Origin: Bacteroidota bacterium
Lineage (GTDB): Bacteria; Bacteroidota; Bacteroidia; AKYH767-A; 2013-40CM-41-45
DNA length: 64,000 nt
Reading direction: 5' to 3'
Assembly: GCA_043747595.1 (NCBI GenBank)
Contig: JAYTOX010000021.1
Coordinates: 1,371-65,370 of the forward strand
Positions 8,942 through 17,984 of this stretch are shown in pieces; positions within the stretch are counted from its first letter, which is position 1; each line of letters begins with the position of its first letter. The notes beneath the pieces were generated by a model. The model searched no databases, had not been told where the DNA came from, and saw only the letters and a list, made by a program, of their open reading frames with translations. A program made the position numbers and the translations under genes.

Positions 8942-10084
8942 TTAAGAGGAAACTTTTACTGAATAAAGTTCCTTTAGTTTTTCAACTACAATATCTATTT
9001 CTTCTTTATTCGTGTATTTACTAAATGAAAATCGAATTGAGGGGCGATCTGTATTTCCATAAAGCGCTTTTAAAACATGAGATCCTGAATTGCTTCCACT
9101 ACTGCAGGCAGATCCTCCAGAACAAGCAATGCCGGCTATGTCCATATTGAAAAGTAACATTTCGGAAAAATCGGTTGCAGGAAAAGATACATTCAATACC
9201 GTATATAAACTGTTCCCATTTGAATCTCCATTGAATTGCAATCCGGGAATATGTTCATTCAGATTATCGGCCATATATTTTTTTATCGCTGTGATATGTT
9301 CTTCGTGTTTCGCCATATCTCTTTCAGCAATTTCCAATGCTTTCGCTAAGCCTACAATACCGTATACATTTTCTGTACCGCCTCTCATATTTCGTTCTTG
9401 AGCTCCTCCAAAAATGAATGGGTTTATTTTCACATTATGATTAATGTACAAAAAACCAATTCCTTTCGGTCCATGAAATTTATGAGCAGCGCAAGTAATA
9501 AAGTTTACATTTATTTCTTTCAAGTCGATTGGATAATGAGCCATCGTTTGTACTGTGTCGCAGTGAAACAATGCATTATATGCTTTACATAATTCTCCCA
9601 CTTTTTTAATTGGCAGCAAATTTCCAATTTCATTATTTGCATGCATTAAACTAACAAGCATTTTTTCGGTTGAACTTTTTAGAATTTCTTCCAAATGATT
9701 GATGTCGACATGTCCATTAGAAGAGAGTTGAACAAAACTAAGCTTGATCTTCCCTGCTTTTTCCAGTTCCTCTAAAGTATGAAGAACGGCATGGTGTTCA
9801 ATTTTACTCGAGATAACATGCTTCACGTTCAAATCGCGAACGGAGCAAAACAAAGCCATATTATTGGCTTCCGTGCCTCCGCTTGTGAAAAATATTTCTG
9901 CTGGTGCTACATTCAAAAATTTAGCTACACTTTTTCTTGCATTTTCAAGTGCAGTTTTTATTTCGCGACCCCATGAATGGATTGACGATGGATTCCCAAA
10001 CTGATTTTGCATGACAGGTATCATTGCTTCAATAACAGCAGGATCCATTGGTGTCGTCGCTGCATTATCCAAATAAATTTTCAT
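8942..10084 (-). CDS. Cysteine desulfurase (IscS/NifS-like, group I)
   Basis: 'YLDNAATTP', 'FTSGGTE', 'AHKFHGPKG' (PLP lysine) and 'SGGSACSSG' (catalytic Cys). Confidence 0.92.
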   Translation of the reverse strand: MKIYLDNAATTPMDPAVIEAMIPVMQNQFGNPSSIHSWGREIKTALENARKSVAKFLNVAPAEIFFTSGGTEANNMALFCSVRDLNVKHVISSKIEHHAVLHTLEELEKAGKIKLSFVQLSSNGHVDINHLEEILKSSTEKMLVSLMHANNEIGNLLPIKKVGELCKAYNALFHCDTVQTMAHYPIDLKEINVNFITCAAHKFHGPKGIGFLYINHNVKINPFIFGGAQERNMRGGTENVYGIVGLAKALEIAERDMAKHEEHITAIKKYMADNLNEHIPGLQFNGDSNGNSLYTVLNVSFPATDFSEMLLFNMDIAGIACSGGSACSSGSNSGSHVLKALYGNTDRPSIRFSFSKYTNKEEIDIVVEKLKELYSVKVSS

Positions 10085-10101
10085 TGAATATCCTTGTTAA
10101 T

Positions 10102-11511
10102 TTAATTTTGAAGACTCTTTTGATTGATCATATCCTTAATGTCGAAAATGATTTTTTCAGCTAGATTATTCGCAGTAGTTTGCGATTGACTTTCAGCATA
10201 AATTCTAATAATAGGTTCGGTGTTACTCTTTCTCAGATGAACCCATTCTTTATCAAATTCAATCTTTACTCCGTCGATTGTATTAATTGGTTGACGATTG
10301 TATTTGGTTTGAATCTGATCTAGTATTTTATCAACGTTTATCTCAGCAGTAAGCTCAATCTTATTCTTCGAAATGAAATAGTTCGGATAAGTAGCTCTTA
10401 ACATTGAAGTGTTCTTCCCATACTTCGCAAGATGAGATAAGAACAATGCAATACCAACCAATGCATCACGCCCATAATGTAACTCAGGATAAATAATTCC
10501 GCCGTTACCTTCACCACCTATTACTGCATTGTGTGCTTTCATGGCTTCCACTACATTTACTTCACCTACAGCAGCAGCAAAATATGTTCCTCCCGATTTT
10601 TCAGTGATATCGCGCAAGGCACGAGTCGACGACAGATTAGAGACTGTATTTCCTTTTTTGTTTTTCAATACGTAATCGGCTACAGCTACAAGTGTATATT
10701 CTTCACCAAACATTTCTCCATCTTCACAAACCAATGCAAGGCGGTCTACATCCGGATCTACTACAATTCCAAGGTGTGCATTTTTCTTTTTTACTTCTTT
10801 TGAAATGTCTCCTAAGTATTCGGGTAACGGTTCCGGATTATGTGGAAATTGACCGTTCGGATCGCAATACAATTCAACAATGTCTTCTACTCCAAGTGCA
10901 CGTAAGAGCGCCGGGACTACAATTCCGCCACTACTATTTACACAGTCGATAACAACTTTAAAGTTTTTTGCTTTAATGGCATTTACATCAACTAACGGTA
11001 GTGCAAGTATCTTTTCAATATGTTTGTGATGATAATTCGGAACACTAATATATTTTCCCAATTTATTTACTTCTGCAAATGTAAAGTCATCTGCTTCGGC
11101 TATCTTCAACACTTCTGCTCCATCGTTGGCCGAGAGGAATTCTCCTTTTTCATTCAATAGCTTTAAAGCATTCCATTGTTTTGGGTTATGACTTGCCGTA
11201 AGAATGATTCCACCATCAGCTTTGAAATCAGTTACCGCCATCTCAACAGTTGGTGTAGTAGAAAGGCCAAGGTAGATCACATCTATTCCTAATCCCTTCA
11301 AAGTACCAGCTACTAAATTCTGAACCATTTCTCCTGAAATCCGAGCATCTCTTCCAATAGCAATTACTGGTTTGTCGGTAGTCGTTTTTCTCCTTATAAG
11401 CCACGTGCCATACGCTGCCGTATATTTTACTATGTCAACCGGTGTTAATCCATCTCCCGGGCGCCCGCCTATTGTTCCTCTTATTCCGGAAATTGATTTT
11501 ATAAGTGTCAA
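10102..11511 (-). CDS. glmM: Phosphoglucosamine mutase / phosphohexomutase
   Basis: 'TASHNP', 'DPDVDR' and 'GGEGNGG' motifs. TTG start. Confidence 0.85.
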   Translation of the reverse strand: MTLIKSISGIRGTIGGRPGDGLTPVDIVKYTAAYGTWLIRRKTTTDKPVIAIGRDARISGEMVQNLVAGTLKGLGIDVIYLGLSTTPTVEMAVTDFKADGGIILTASHNPKQWNALKLLNEKGEFLSANDGAEVLKIAEADDFTFAEVNKLGKYISVPNYHHKHIEKILALPLVDVNAIKAKNFKVVIDCVNSSGGIVVPALLRALGVEDIVELYCDPNGQFPHNPEPLPEYLGDISKEVKKKNAHLGIVVDPDVDRLALVCEDGEMFGEEYTLVAVADYVLKNKKGNTVSNLSSTRALRDITEKSGGTYFAAAVGEVNVVEAMKAHNAVIGGEGNGGIIYPELHYGRDALVGIALFLSHLAKYGKNTSMLRATYPNYFISKNKIELTAEINVDKILDQIQTKYNRQPINTIDGVKIEFDKEWVHLRKSNTEPIIRIYAESQSQTTANNLAEKIIFDIKDMINQKSLQN

Positions 11512-11785
11512 AATATTTCTTCTTTTAAATGTTTCTTTTGGGTGTAAAGATAGTCGATTTGCTATGATTTTACCTCGTAAAAGTGCTTTTTAGATTTTTA
11601 TTTAAACTTAGCATTTTGATTTTGGGATCAAAACAAGATATTTATCTAATGAGATTAATATCTTTTAAATGAAGTGTTTATTGCATTTATGTGTAGAAAT
11701 TATCCTTTATCTTTTAATGAATTCATAATACTTATACGCATTTTTTGTTTTTTGATCAATTATAACAATGTCAATAAGAGTATCA

Positions 11786-12394
11786 TTACTTTATGAATAT
11801 ATAAGCTCCTTCTGTCGCGCCCCATACTTGTTCACCTTGCATATTATATCCTCTATCCCAACTATGCAATTCATTTGGAATAAGGATAACGTCGGAAGTA
11901 GCATAACTAGCACCTTTACGATCGCTCGGACAACTTTTTCCATCTGTTGAACCAGCATAATTTCCTTTTTCGTCAATTTTTAATTTTACATCACATCCCT
12001 TTCGTTCTTGCAATGAATCTATCGTCAATACTTTTTCGAGTAATTTAGGGTGATGAGTAAACCGAAGAGGGTCGTTGAATGTAAAAATGAAACTAGAAAA
12101 ACTCCCATCATTATTTTCTATTAAATGATATACTCTTTGTCTGTAAGGTTTGTCGATTGATGTTGCAACTGCTTGCTCAACATAAAACCAAAAGCCATCT
12201 TTTTGCTTTTTCCAAATTGGTTTTATCTGAAGACGAATATCGAAATAGTTCGTTGTGTCTTTTAAATGTTGAGCCGTGCTGGTATAGGATCCTTTCATCG
12301 CCTTAGCTAATTTTTTCAACTGGACAGACTGAGCAGAGGACTGATTAGCGAAAATTAAACTTAATATTAGAAGGATAAAAATATTTTTTTTCAT
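11786..12394 (-). CDS. CpcT/CpeT-family (chromophore lyase-like) exported protein
   Basis: 'YVEQA...KPYRQRVY', 'GC', 'SWDRG' and 'QVWG' motifs, with an N-terminal signal peptide. Confidence 0.8.
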   Translation of the reverse strand: MKKNIFILLILSLIFANQSSAQSVQLKKLAKAMKGSYTSTAQHLKDTTNYFDIRLQIKPIWKKQKDGFWFYVEQAVATSIDKPYRQRVYHLIENNDGSFSSFIFTFNDPLRFTHHPKLLEKVLTIDSLQERKGCDVKLKIDEKGNYAGSTDGKSCPSDRKGASYATSDVILIPNELHSWDRGYNMQGEQVWGATEGAYIFIK

Positions 12395-12430
12395 ATACTA
12401 TTACTTTAATTTTTTACTTCGACTAATAAC

Positions 12431-12461
12431 AAAAAAAAAGAGGCTACTAATAGTAGCCTCT
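12431..12461 (-). terminator. Intrinsic terminator of the csp gene
   Basis: AGAGGCTACT-aat-AGTAGCCTCT hairpin followed by a U-run on the minus strand. Confidence 0.85.
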
Positions 12462-12479
12462 CATTTCTTTTCGGTTCAA

Positions 12480-12668
12480 TTATGCAAGCTTAACATTTAC
12501 TGCATTAAGACCTTTTTTTCCGTCTTGTACATCAAATGTTACGTTGTCATTTTCACGAATTTTTTGTGTTAGACCTGTTACATGAACAAAAATTTCTTGT
12601 CCGTTTTCGTCTTTAATAAATCCGAAACCTTTTTGTTCGTTGAAGAATTTTACTACTCCGTTTTTCAT
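12480..12668 (-). CDS. Cold-shock protein (CspA family)
   Basis: RNP1 'KGFGFI', RNP2 'IFVH' and C-terminal 'GKKGLNAVNV'. Confidence 0.95.
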   Translation of the reverse strand: MKNGVVKFFNEQKGFGFIKDENGQEIFVHVTGLTQKIRENDNVTFDVQDGKKGLNAVNVKLA

Positions 12669-12709
12669 TGCTGTGATAATTTAATTGTTATTAGTTGTTA
12701 TTGGGTTTG

Positions 12710-13843
12710 TTATTTTACAAATGGATGAGACTTTACAATCTCGATATTCTTATTGATCAGTTTATTTATATCCCGAATATAAGAAACTTCTTCTTTCGCA
12801 CAAAATGAAAGTGCAATTCCTGAACTTCCTGCTCTGCCGGTTCTGCCAATACGATGAACATATGTTTCTGCCTGCTCGGGTATTTCATAATTGATTACGT
12901 GCGTCAGTTTGTCAACATCTATTCCTCTGGAAGCAATGTCAGTTGCCACTAAAACACGAATTTTTCTGCCTTTAAAGCCTTTTAATGCTCTTTCACGAGC
13001 ACCTTGGCTTTTATTGCCATGAATTGCTTCTGCTTTTATCCCGTCGTTGTTCAAATCACGAGCTACTTTATCTGCTCCTCGCTTTGTACTGGTAAAAACT
13101 AATGCATGTTCGATCGTATCGTTATTTAATACATGCTTCAAAAGAGATCTTTTATCTTCCTTATTCACATAGTAAAGTGATTGTTTAACTGTTTCGGCTG
13201 TCGATGAAACAGGTGAAACTGATACATAAGATGGGCTCACTAAAATATTGTTAGCGAGTTGTTTAATTTCAGGCGAAACTGTCGCTGAAAAGAATAATGT
13301 TTGTTTTTGCTTCGGTAATTTAGAAATGATCTTTTTGATGTCATTGATAAATCCCATGTCGAGCATTCGATCTGCTTCATCGAGAACAAAATGTTGAACA
13401 TCGTTCAATTTCACAAAACCTTGGTTCATCAGATCTAATAAACGGCCCGGTGTTGCAACAACAATGTCGGTTCCGTTTCTAAGAGACGATACTTGAGCGG
13501 CTTGGCCTACTCCACCAAATATTACGCAAGCATTCAGTTTGTAATTGCTTCCATATACTCGAAAGCTATCATAAATTTGTTGTGCAAGTTCACGTGTGGG
13601 CGCAAGAATAAGAGCTTTAATCGTCTTCTTGGTAGAAGGATTGTTTTTCTCTTGAAGAAGTTGAAGAATGGGTAAAGCGAAAGCGGCTGTTTTGCCGGTG
13701 CCGGTTTGAGCACAACCGAAAATGTCTTTTCCGTTTAAAACGATTGGAATTGATTGTACTTGAATGGGTGTTGGAACTAAATATCCCTTATTGATCAACG
13801 TTTCGATCAGGGATTGACTTACTCCTAAATTTGTAAATGTCAT
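12710..13843 (-). CDS. DEAD-box RNA helicase (RhlE-like, core only)
   Basis: Q motif, AQTGTGKT, PTRELA, TPGRL, DEAD, SAT and HRIGRTGR. Confidence 0.95.
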   Translation of the reverse strand: MTFTNLGVSQSLIETLINKGYLVPTPIQVQSIPIVLNGKDIFGCAQTGTGKTAAFALPILQLLQEKNNPSTKKTIKALILAPTRELAQQIYDSFRVYGSNYKLNACVIFGGVGQAAQVSSLRNGTDIVVATPGRLLDLMNQGFVKLNDVQHFVLDEADRMLDMGFINDIKKIISKLPKQKQTLFFSATVSPEIKQLANNILVSPSYVSVSPVSSTAETVKQSLYYVNKEDKRSLLKHVLNNDTIEHALVFTSTKRGADKVARDLNNDGIKAEAIHGNKSQGARERALKGFKGRKIRVLVATDIASRGIDVDKLTHVINYEIPEQAETYVHRIGRTGRAGSSGIALSFCAKEEVSYIRDINKLINKNIEIVKSHPFVK

Positions 13844-13988
13844 TAACTGGTATTAAAATAATTTGTTGTTACCGAAGGGTTTTCACTATTGAATTTGATC
13901 AGCGGTAAACTACTAGAAAAGTGTAAAAACGCGAATTGTGATTATTTTAATTACAAACTACTTGGTATACAATCTTCTGAGAAGTGTA

Positions 13989-13996
13989 CAAATGTA
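13989..13996 (-). promoter_or_regulatory. -7 box TACATTTG for the helicase-csp transcript
   Basis: Exact TAnnTTTG on the minus strand, about 145 nt upstream of the helicase ATG. Confidence 0.55.
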
Positions 13997-14165
13997 CTAC
14001 TATTTATTCTTAATGTCCTAATAAATATTGCTTTAAGTGAAAATATTATCTTAAAAGCAGGATAAGGGCTTTATTTAAAAGGATTCGCTCTGTTTTTAGA
14101 TCCACTAAAAATGAAAACAAAAGAAGAATTTCGGAATTAAATGTTTGATAAGTGTCTTTTTGGAA

Positions 14166-15305
14166 TCAAAGTTCCAGACCTTCACTTTCAATCATTGTAA
14201 CCCACTTCCCCATCTTTTTTTGAATAACTCTGAAATGATGTTGGTCTTCCGGTGTTATTAAGGATATAGCCTCGCCCGGATTTTCAGCCCTTCCTGTTCG
14301 TCCTATTCGATGAATAAAATCTTTCGGTGAGCGTGGCAATTCATAATTGATTACAAAAGGTAAAAAACTAATGTCTATTCCTCTTGAAATTAAGTCGGTT
14401 GCAACCAACACTTTCAACTTCCCTGCTTTGAATTTAGTAAGTGCATCGGTTCTTGCTCCTTGGCTTTTCTTACTGTGAATAGCCATTGCGTCAATCCCAT
14501 TTTTACAAAGCTTGTCGGTTACATTGTCGGCTTTATAAACTGACGAGGTGAAAACCAAAACTTGCTTCATCTCCTTATGCTTAATCAGATATCTCAACAA
14601 TGGTCCTTTTCGTTCCTCTTCTACAAAGTAGCCGATTTGTTGAATGAGATCTAATTGCTCCTCATTTTCTTTTTCTTCAATTTGAACTACTACAGGGTTA
14701 TGCAAGACGAGCATTTTGAGTGCATCTAAATCTTTGCTCAATGTGGCAGAGAATAATAAATTCTGACGCTTCTTTGGCAAGTACTCCAGTATTCTTTGCA
14801 TCTCTTCTTCAAAACCGATGCTCAACATTTTATCGGCTTCATCGAGTACTAATGTTTCTATCTCATCTAAGTGAACGGCATTCGATGAAATCAATTCTAA
14901 TAATCTTCCAGGTGTTGCAATCAATACATTCACTTGATTAAGCGCCATCATTTGAGGATTGATAGATACTCCACCATATACGGCCAACGATTTAATCTTT
15001 TGATCTAGGCCGCTGCTGAAAAGTTGGAAGACGAGATTAACTTGAACTGCTAATTCTCTAGTCGGTACTAACACCAAAATTTGAGCACTTCTGTTTTTGG
15101 GCTTATTTTTATCTTGAAGATTCATCAAGATGGGCAACACATAACTTGCAGTTTTTCCTGAGCCCGTTTTAGAAATTCCTAATACATCTTTCTTTTTTAA
15201 GATGAGCGGAATTGCAGCACTCTGTATTGGATATGGCTCCGAATACTTTTGTTCAACTAATACTTTTAGTAAAGCCGGCGATAAGCCTAAATTGGAAAAA
15301 GGCAT
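14166..15305 (-). CDS. DEAD-box RNA helicase (core only), second paralog
   Basis: Q motif, KTGSGKT, PTRELA, TPGRL, DEAD, SAT and HRIGRTGR. Confidence 0.95.
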   Translation of the reverse strand: MPFSNLGLSPALLKVLVEQKYSEPYPIQSAAIPLILKKKDVLGISKTGSGKTASYVLPILMNLQDKNKPKNRSAQILVLVPTRELAVQVNLVFQLFSSGLDQKIKSLAVYGGVSINPQMMALNQVNVLIATPGRLLELISSNAVHLDEIETLVLDEADKMLSIGFEEEMQRILEYLPKKRQNLLFSATLSKDLDALKMLVLHNPVVVQIEEKENEEQLDLIQQIGYFVEEERKGPLLRYLIKHKEMKQVLVFTSSVYKADNVTDKLCKNGIDAMAIHSKKSQGARTDALTKFKAGKLKVLVATDLISRGIDISFLPFVINYELPRSPKDFIHRIGRTGRAENPGEAISLITPEDQHHFRVIQKKMGKWVTMIESEGLEL

Positions 15306-15450
15306 TAAGGATTTATTAAGTATTCGATTGAAATAAATGACTTGAAAAATAAAATTAGATTAAGTTGAACAAATAAATATTTTATTGTTCAACAAGAAAT
15401 TATTTAGCCTGAAATAAAATTGAAAAAGCAGATTCCTACTCAAAAAAAAT

Positions 15451-15903
15451 CTACGCTTCTACCAATTCGCTTTTTTTAATATTTCGATGGAGGTAAGAAT
15501 GAAATATATGACGACGTGCAAATCGTGCTGGAATAGGCGTGCTAATTAAATTACCATATATTTTTTTAGGAACTCCAAAATATTCATAAACGCTTCCGTC
15601 TTGAAAAGTTACTTTCAATGTTTGTCCTTTATAAGAAAAATCATCGATACCCGAAGTACTTGTAGTTTGTGTATAGTTTTCAGAATTCTGAGCGTGAGTT
15701 TCCGGAGAGATACTCACCAAAAAATGATACGCTTCAATAATATGTTTACTTTTCTCCGCTGCCATTTCCGCTTGCTCATCGTTTACTTGAAACTTGTCGG
15801 GATGCCATTCTTTCATCAAATTACGATAAGTAACTTTTAATACGCTGAGATCAGCATTTTGATCAACATTAAATAATTTTCTACTATCAAGAATCCTTTT
15901 CAT
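15451..15903 (-). CDS. J-domain (HPD)-KTSC domain fusion protein
   Basis: N-terminal 'LKVTYRNLMKEWHPDKF...IIEAYHFL' J-domain and C-terminal 'TLKVTFQDGSVYEYFGVPKKIY' KTSC signature. Confidence 0.85.
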   Translation of the reverse strand: MKRILDSRKLFNVDQNADLSVLKVTYRNLMKEWHPDKFQVNDEQAEMAAEKSKHIIEAYHFLVSISPETHAQNSENYTQTTSTSGIDDFSYKGQTLKVTFQDGSVYEYFGVPKKIYGNLISTPIPARFARRHIFHSYLHRNIKKSELVEA

Positions 15904-16064
15904 CGTTTTTTATTAATCAGTCTAATTGTTTTTTTATTTTTTAAGCTACTATTTCAATCTATCATGTTCCATTTTTGCCTGGATATTCAGCAATAAAACC
16001 GATTTCTTTAGCTAAAAAGCATAAATTATCAAATTTTTCATGCCGGACAATTGTCAATCTGCGG

Positions 16065-16072
16065 CGAAAGTA
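16065..16072 (-). promoter_or_regulatory. -7 box variant TACTTTCG for the J-KTSC gene
   Basis: TAnnTTCG on the minus strand, about 160 nt upstream of the ATG. Confidence 0.45.
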
Positions 16073-16227
16073 CACTTTTTTTTCGTTTTCGTTTAGTTTT
16101 TTTTAGCATTCTCATCTAACACAAGCAATTAGCTTAATAATTCAACCATCAATAACCTATCTTTATTGCAAATTATCATTCCCAATTCTAACTGAACAAT
16201 TATCGGTTGTTGATGTTCCATTCATAT

Positions 16228-17142
16228 ATGCAGGCAGGAGAAAAAATTATTGAGATAAAAAACCTTGTTAAGTATTATGGAAAAATTTGTGCGCTTTCGG
16301 ACATTTCATTCGATGTATTTCAAGGCGATGTATTTGGTTTTTTAGGCCCCAATGGTGCCGGTAAAAGCACAACGATTCGTTCAATGCTTTCTTTGATTTC
16401 GTCTACCTCCGGGCAAATAAAAATTTTCAACAAAGACCTTCACCTCCATCGAAATTCTATTCTATCGGAAATTGGATGTATTGTAGAGAAACCAGATTTC
16501 TATAAATATCTCTCTGCTCAAAAAAATCTTGAAATTTTAGCGCGTTTATCAAATAAAAAAGTTAGCCAATCAAAAATTCAAGAAATAATTGAATTCGTAG
16601 GATTAAAAGGTAGAGAAAAGGATAAGGTTCTCAGCTATTCTCATGGAATGCGACAACGACTCGGAATTGCTCAAACATTAATTCATGACCCACAACTTAT
16701 CATTTTAGATGAGCCAACAACCGGACTAGACCCACAAGGTATAATTGATATCCGAAATCTAATACTCCAATTAAAAAATGAACGCAATAAAACAATTGTA
16801 TTAAGCTCACATATTTTATCAGAAATAGAATTGATAGCAAATAGAATGGTAATTATTAATAAAGGAAAAGTTATTGTTCAAGGTGAGGTAAAGGAATTAC
16901 TAGATGAAAGTAAACTAATTGTTACTTTTTCTGTAGATCGTAGTGTAGATGCTATTCAACTTTTAAACAAACACTTTCCTTCTACTCTTGAGCATTCAAG
17001 TAATGATCAAGTTAATGTATCTGTATCGAAAGATATGATCTCAGAAATTAATAAAATGTTTTGTGATAATAATATTCAAGTTAGTGGTATAGAAGCGAAA
17101 CGAAAATTGGAAGACTATTTTTTAAAATTAATAAACAACTGA
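16228..17142 (+). CDS. ABC-2-type exporter, ATP-binding subunit
   Basis: Walker A GPNGAGKS, signature YSHGMRQR and Walker B IILDEP. Start could be 16213 or 16228. Confidence 0.92.
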   Translation: MQAGEKIIEIKNLVKYYGKICALSDISFDVFQGDVFGFLGPNGAGKSTTIRSMLSLISSTSGQIKIFNKDLHLHRNSILSEIGCIVEKPDFYKYLSAQKNLEILARLSNKKVSQSKIQEIIEFVGLKGREKDKVLSYSHGMRQRLGIAQTLIHDPQLIILDEPTTGLDPQGIIDIRNLILQLKNERNKTIVLSSHILSEIELIANRMVIINKGKVIVQGEVKELLDESKLIVTFSVDRSVDAIQLLNKHFPSTLEHSSNDQVNVSVSKDMISEINKMFCDNNIQVSGIEAKRKLEDYFLKLINN

Positions 17143-17984
17143 TGTTTTTAAAAAGTGTTTATAATGAATTTCTGAAAATTGCTTCAAAGCCGAGAAGTTA
17201 TATTGGTTTAGGTGCAATCACACTAATAATAGGTGTTATCCTCTTTGCAATGCGAGTAGATGGAATGACTTACATTTCCTTTATCACTGCTCCTTTCGAG
17301 CAATCGTTAAGTTTCGGTGGTGAAATTCTGAATGGTAATCTCATGGCATTTATTATTCTGCAGATGCTCATCATTCACATACCGCTATTAATTGCATTTG
17401 TAACAGGCGATTTAATTTCAGGTGAAGGTGCAATGGGTACAATTCGTTTACTACTTACAAAGCCAATTTCTCGTTCAGGAATATTACTTAGTAAATATGT
17501 TGCCGGTTGCTTTTATACCTTAATTGTACTGTTGTGGATGGCGCTGATGGCCATATTTGTTGGGAAAGTAATGTTTGGTAGCGGCGACTTGATGGTTCTT
17601 AAAAGTGATGGTTTAACTATTATTCAAGCACATGATGTTGGCATCCGTTTCTTTTATGGCTTTACAGTTGCTTACTTAGCTTTAGTAATGATTGCTACAT
17701 TGTCTCTTACTCTTTCGTGTTTCTCTGATAATTCTATCGGACCTATTGTTTCTACTATGGGCTTAATTATTTTACTTACTATTATCAGTACGCTCGATGT
17801 TCCGGTTTTTACTCGACTACAACCTTTTTTATTTACTACTCATATGGCTGCATGGAGAAGTTTCTTTGAAGATCCTATCCCCTACGAGCAAATTAAAACT
17901 TCTATCATGGTTTTAGTTGGTCATATTGTCGTGTTACTTACCATCGCCTTAGTTAAGTTCAATAAGAAAGATATTTTATCGTGA
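17142..17984 (+). CDS. ABC-2-type exporter, permease subunit
   Basis: About 6 TMs, 'GE...GTIRLLLTKPISR...LLSK' and C-terminal 'FNKKDILS'. Stop/start overlap with the ATPase. Confidence 0.88.
   Translation: MFLKSVYNEFLKIASKPRSYIGLGAITLIIGVILFAMRVDGMTYISFITAPFEQSLSFGGEILNGNLMAFIILQMLIIHIPLLIAFVTGDLISGEGAMGTIRLLLTKPISRSGILLSKYVAGCFYTLIVLLWMALMAIFVGKVMFGSGDLMVLKSDGLTIIQAHDVGIRFFYGFTVAYLALVMIATLSLTLSCFSDNSIGPIVSTMGLIILLTIISTLDVPVFTRLQPFLFTTHMAAWRSFFEDPIPYEQIKTSIMVLVGHIVVLLTIALVKFNKKDILS

Noticed and set aside
15910-16045. Two tiny uORFs (MKNLIIYAF, MEHDRLK) in the J-KTSC leader
   Set aside because: ORFs of 7-9 codons are expected by chance in AT-rich DNA, with no supporting signal.
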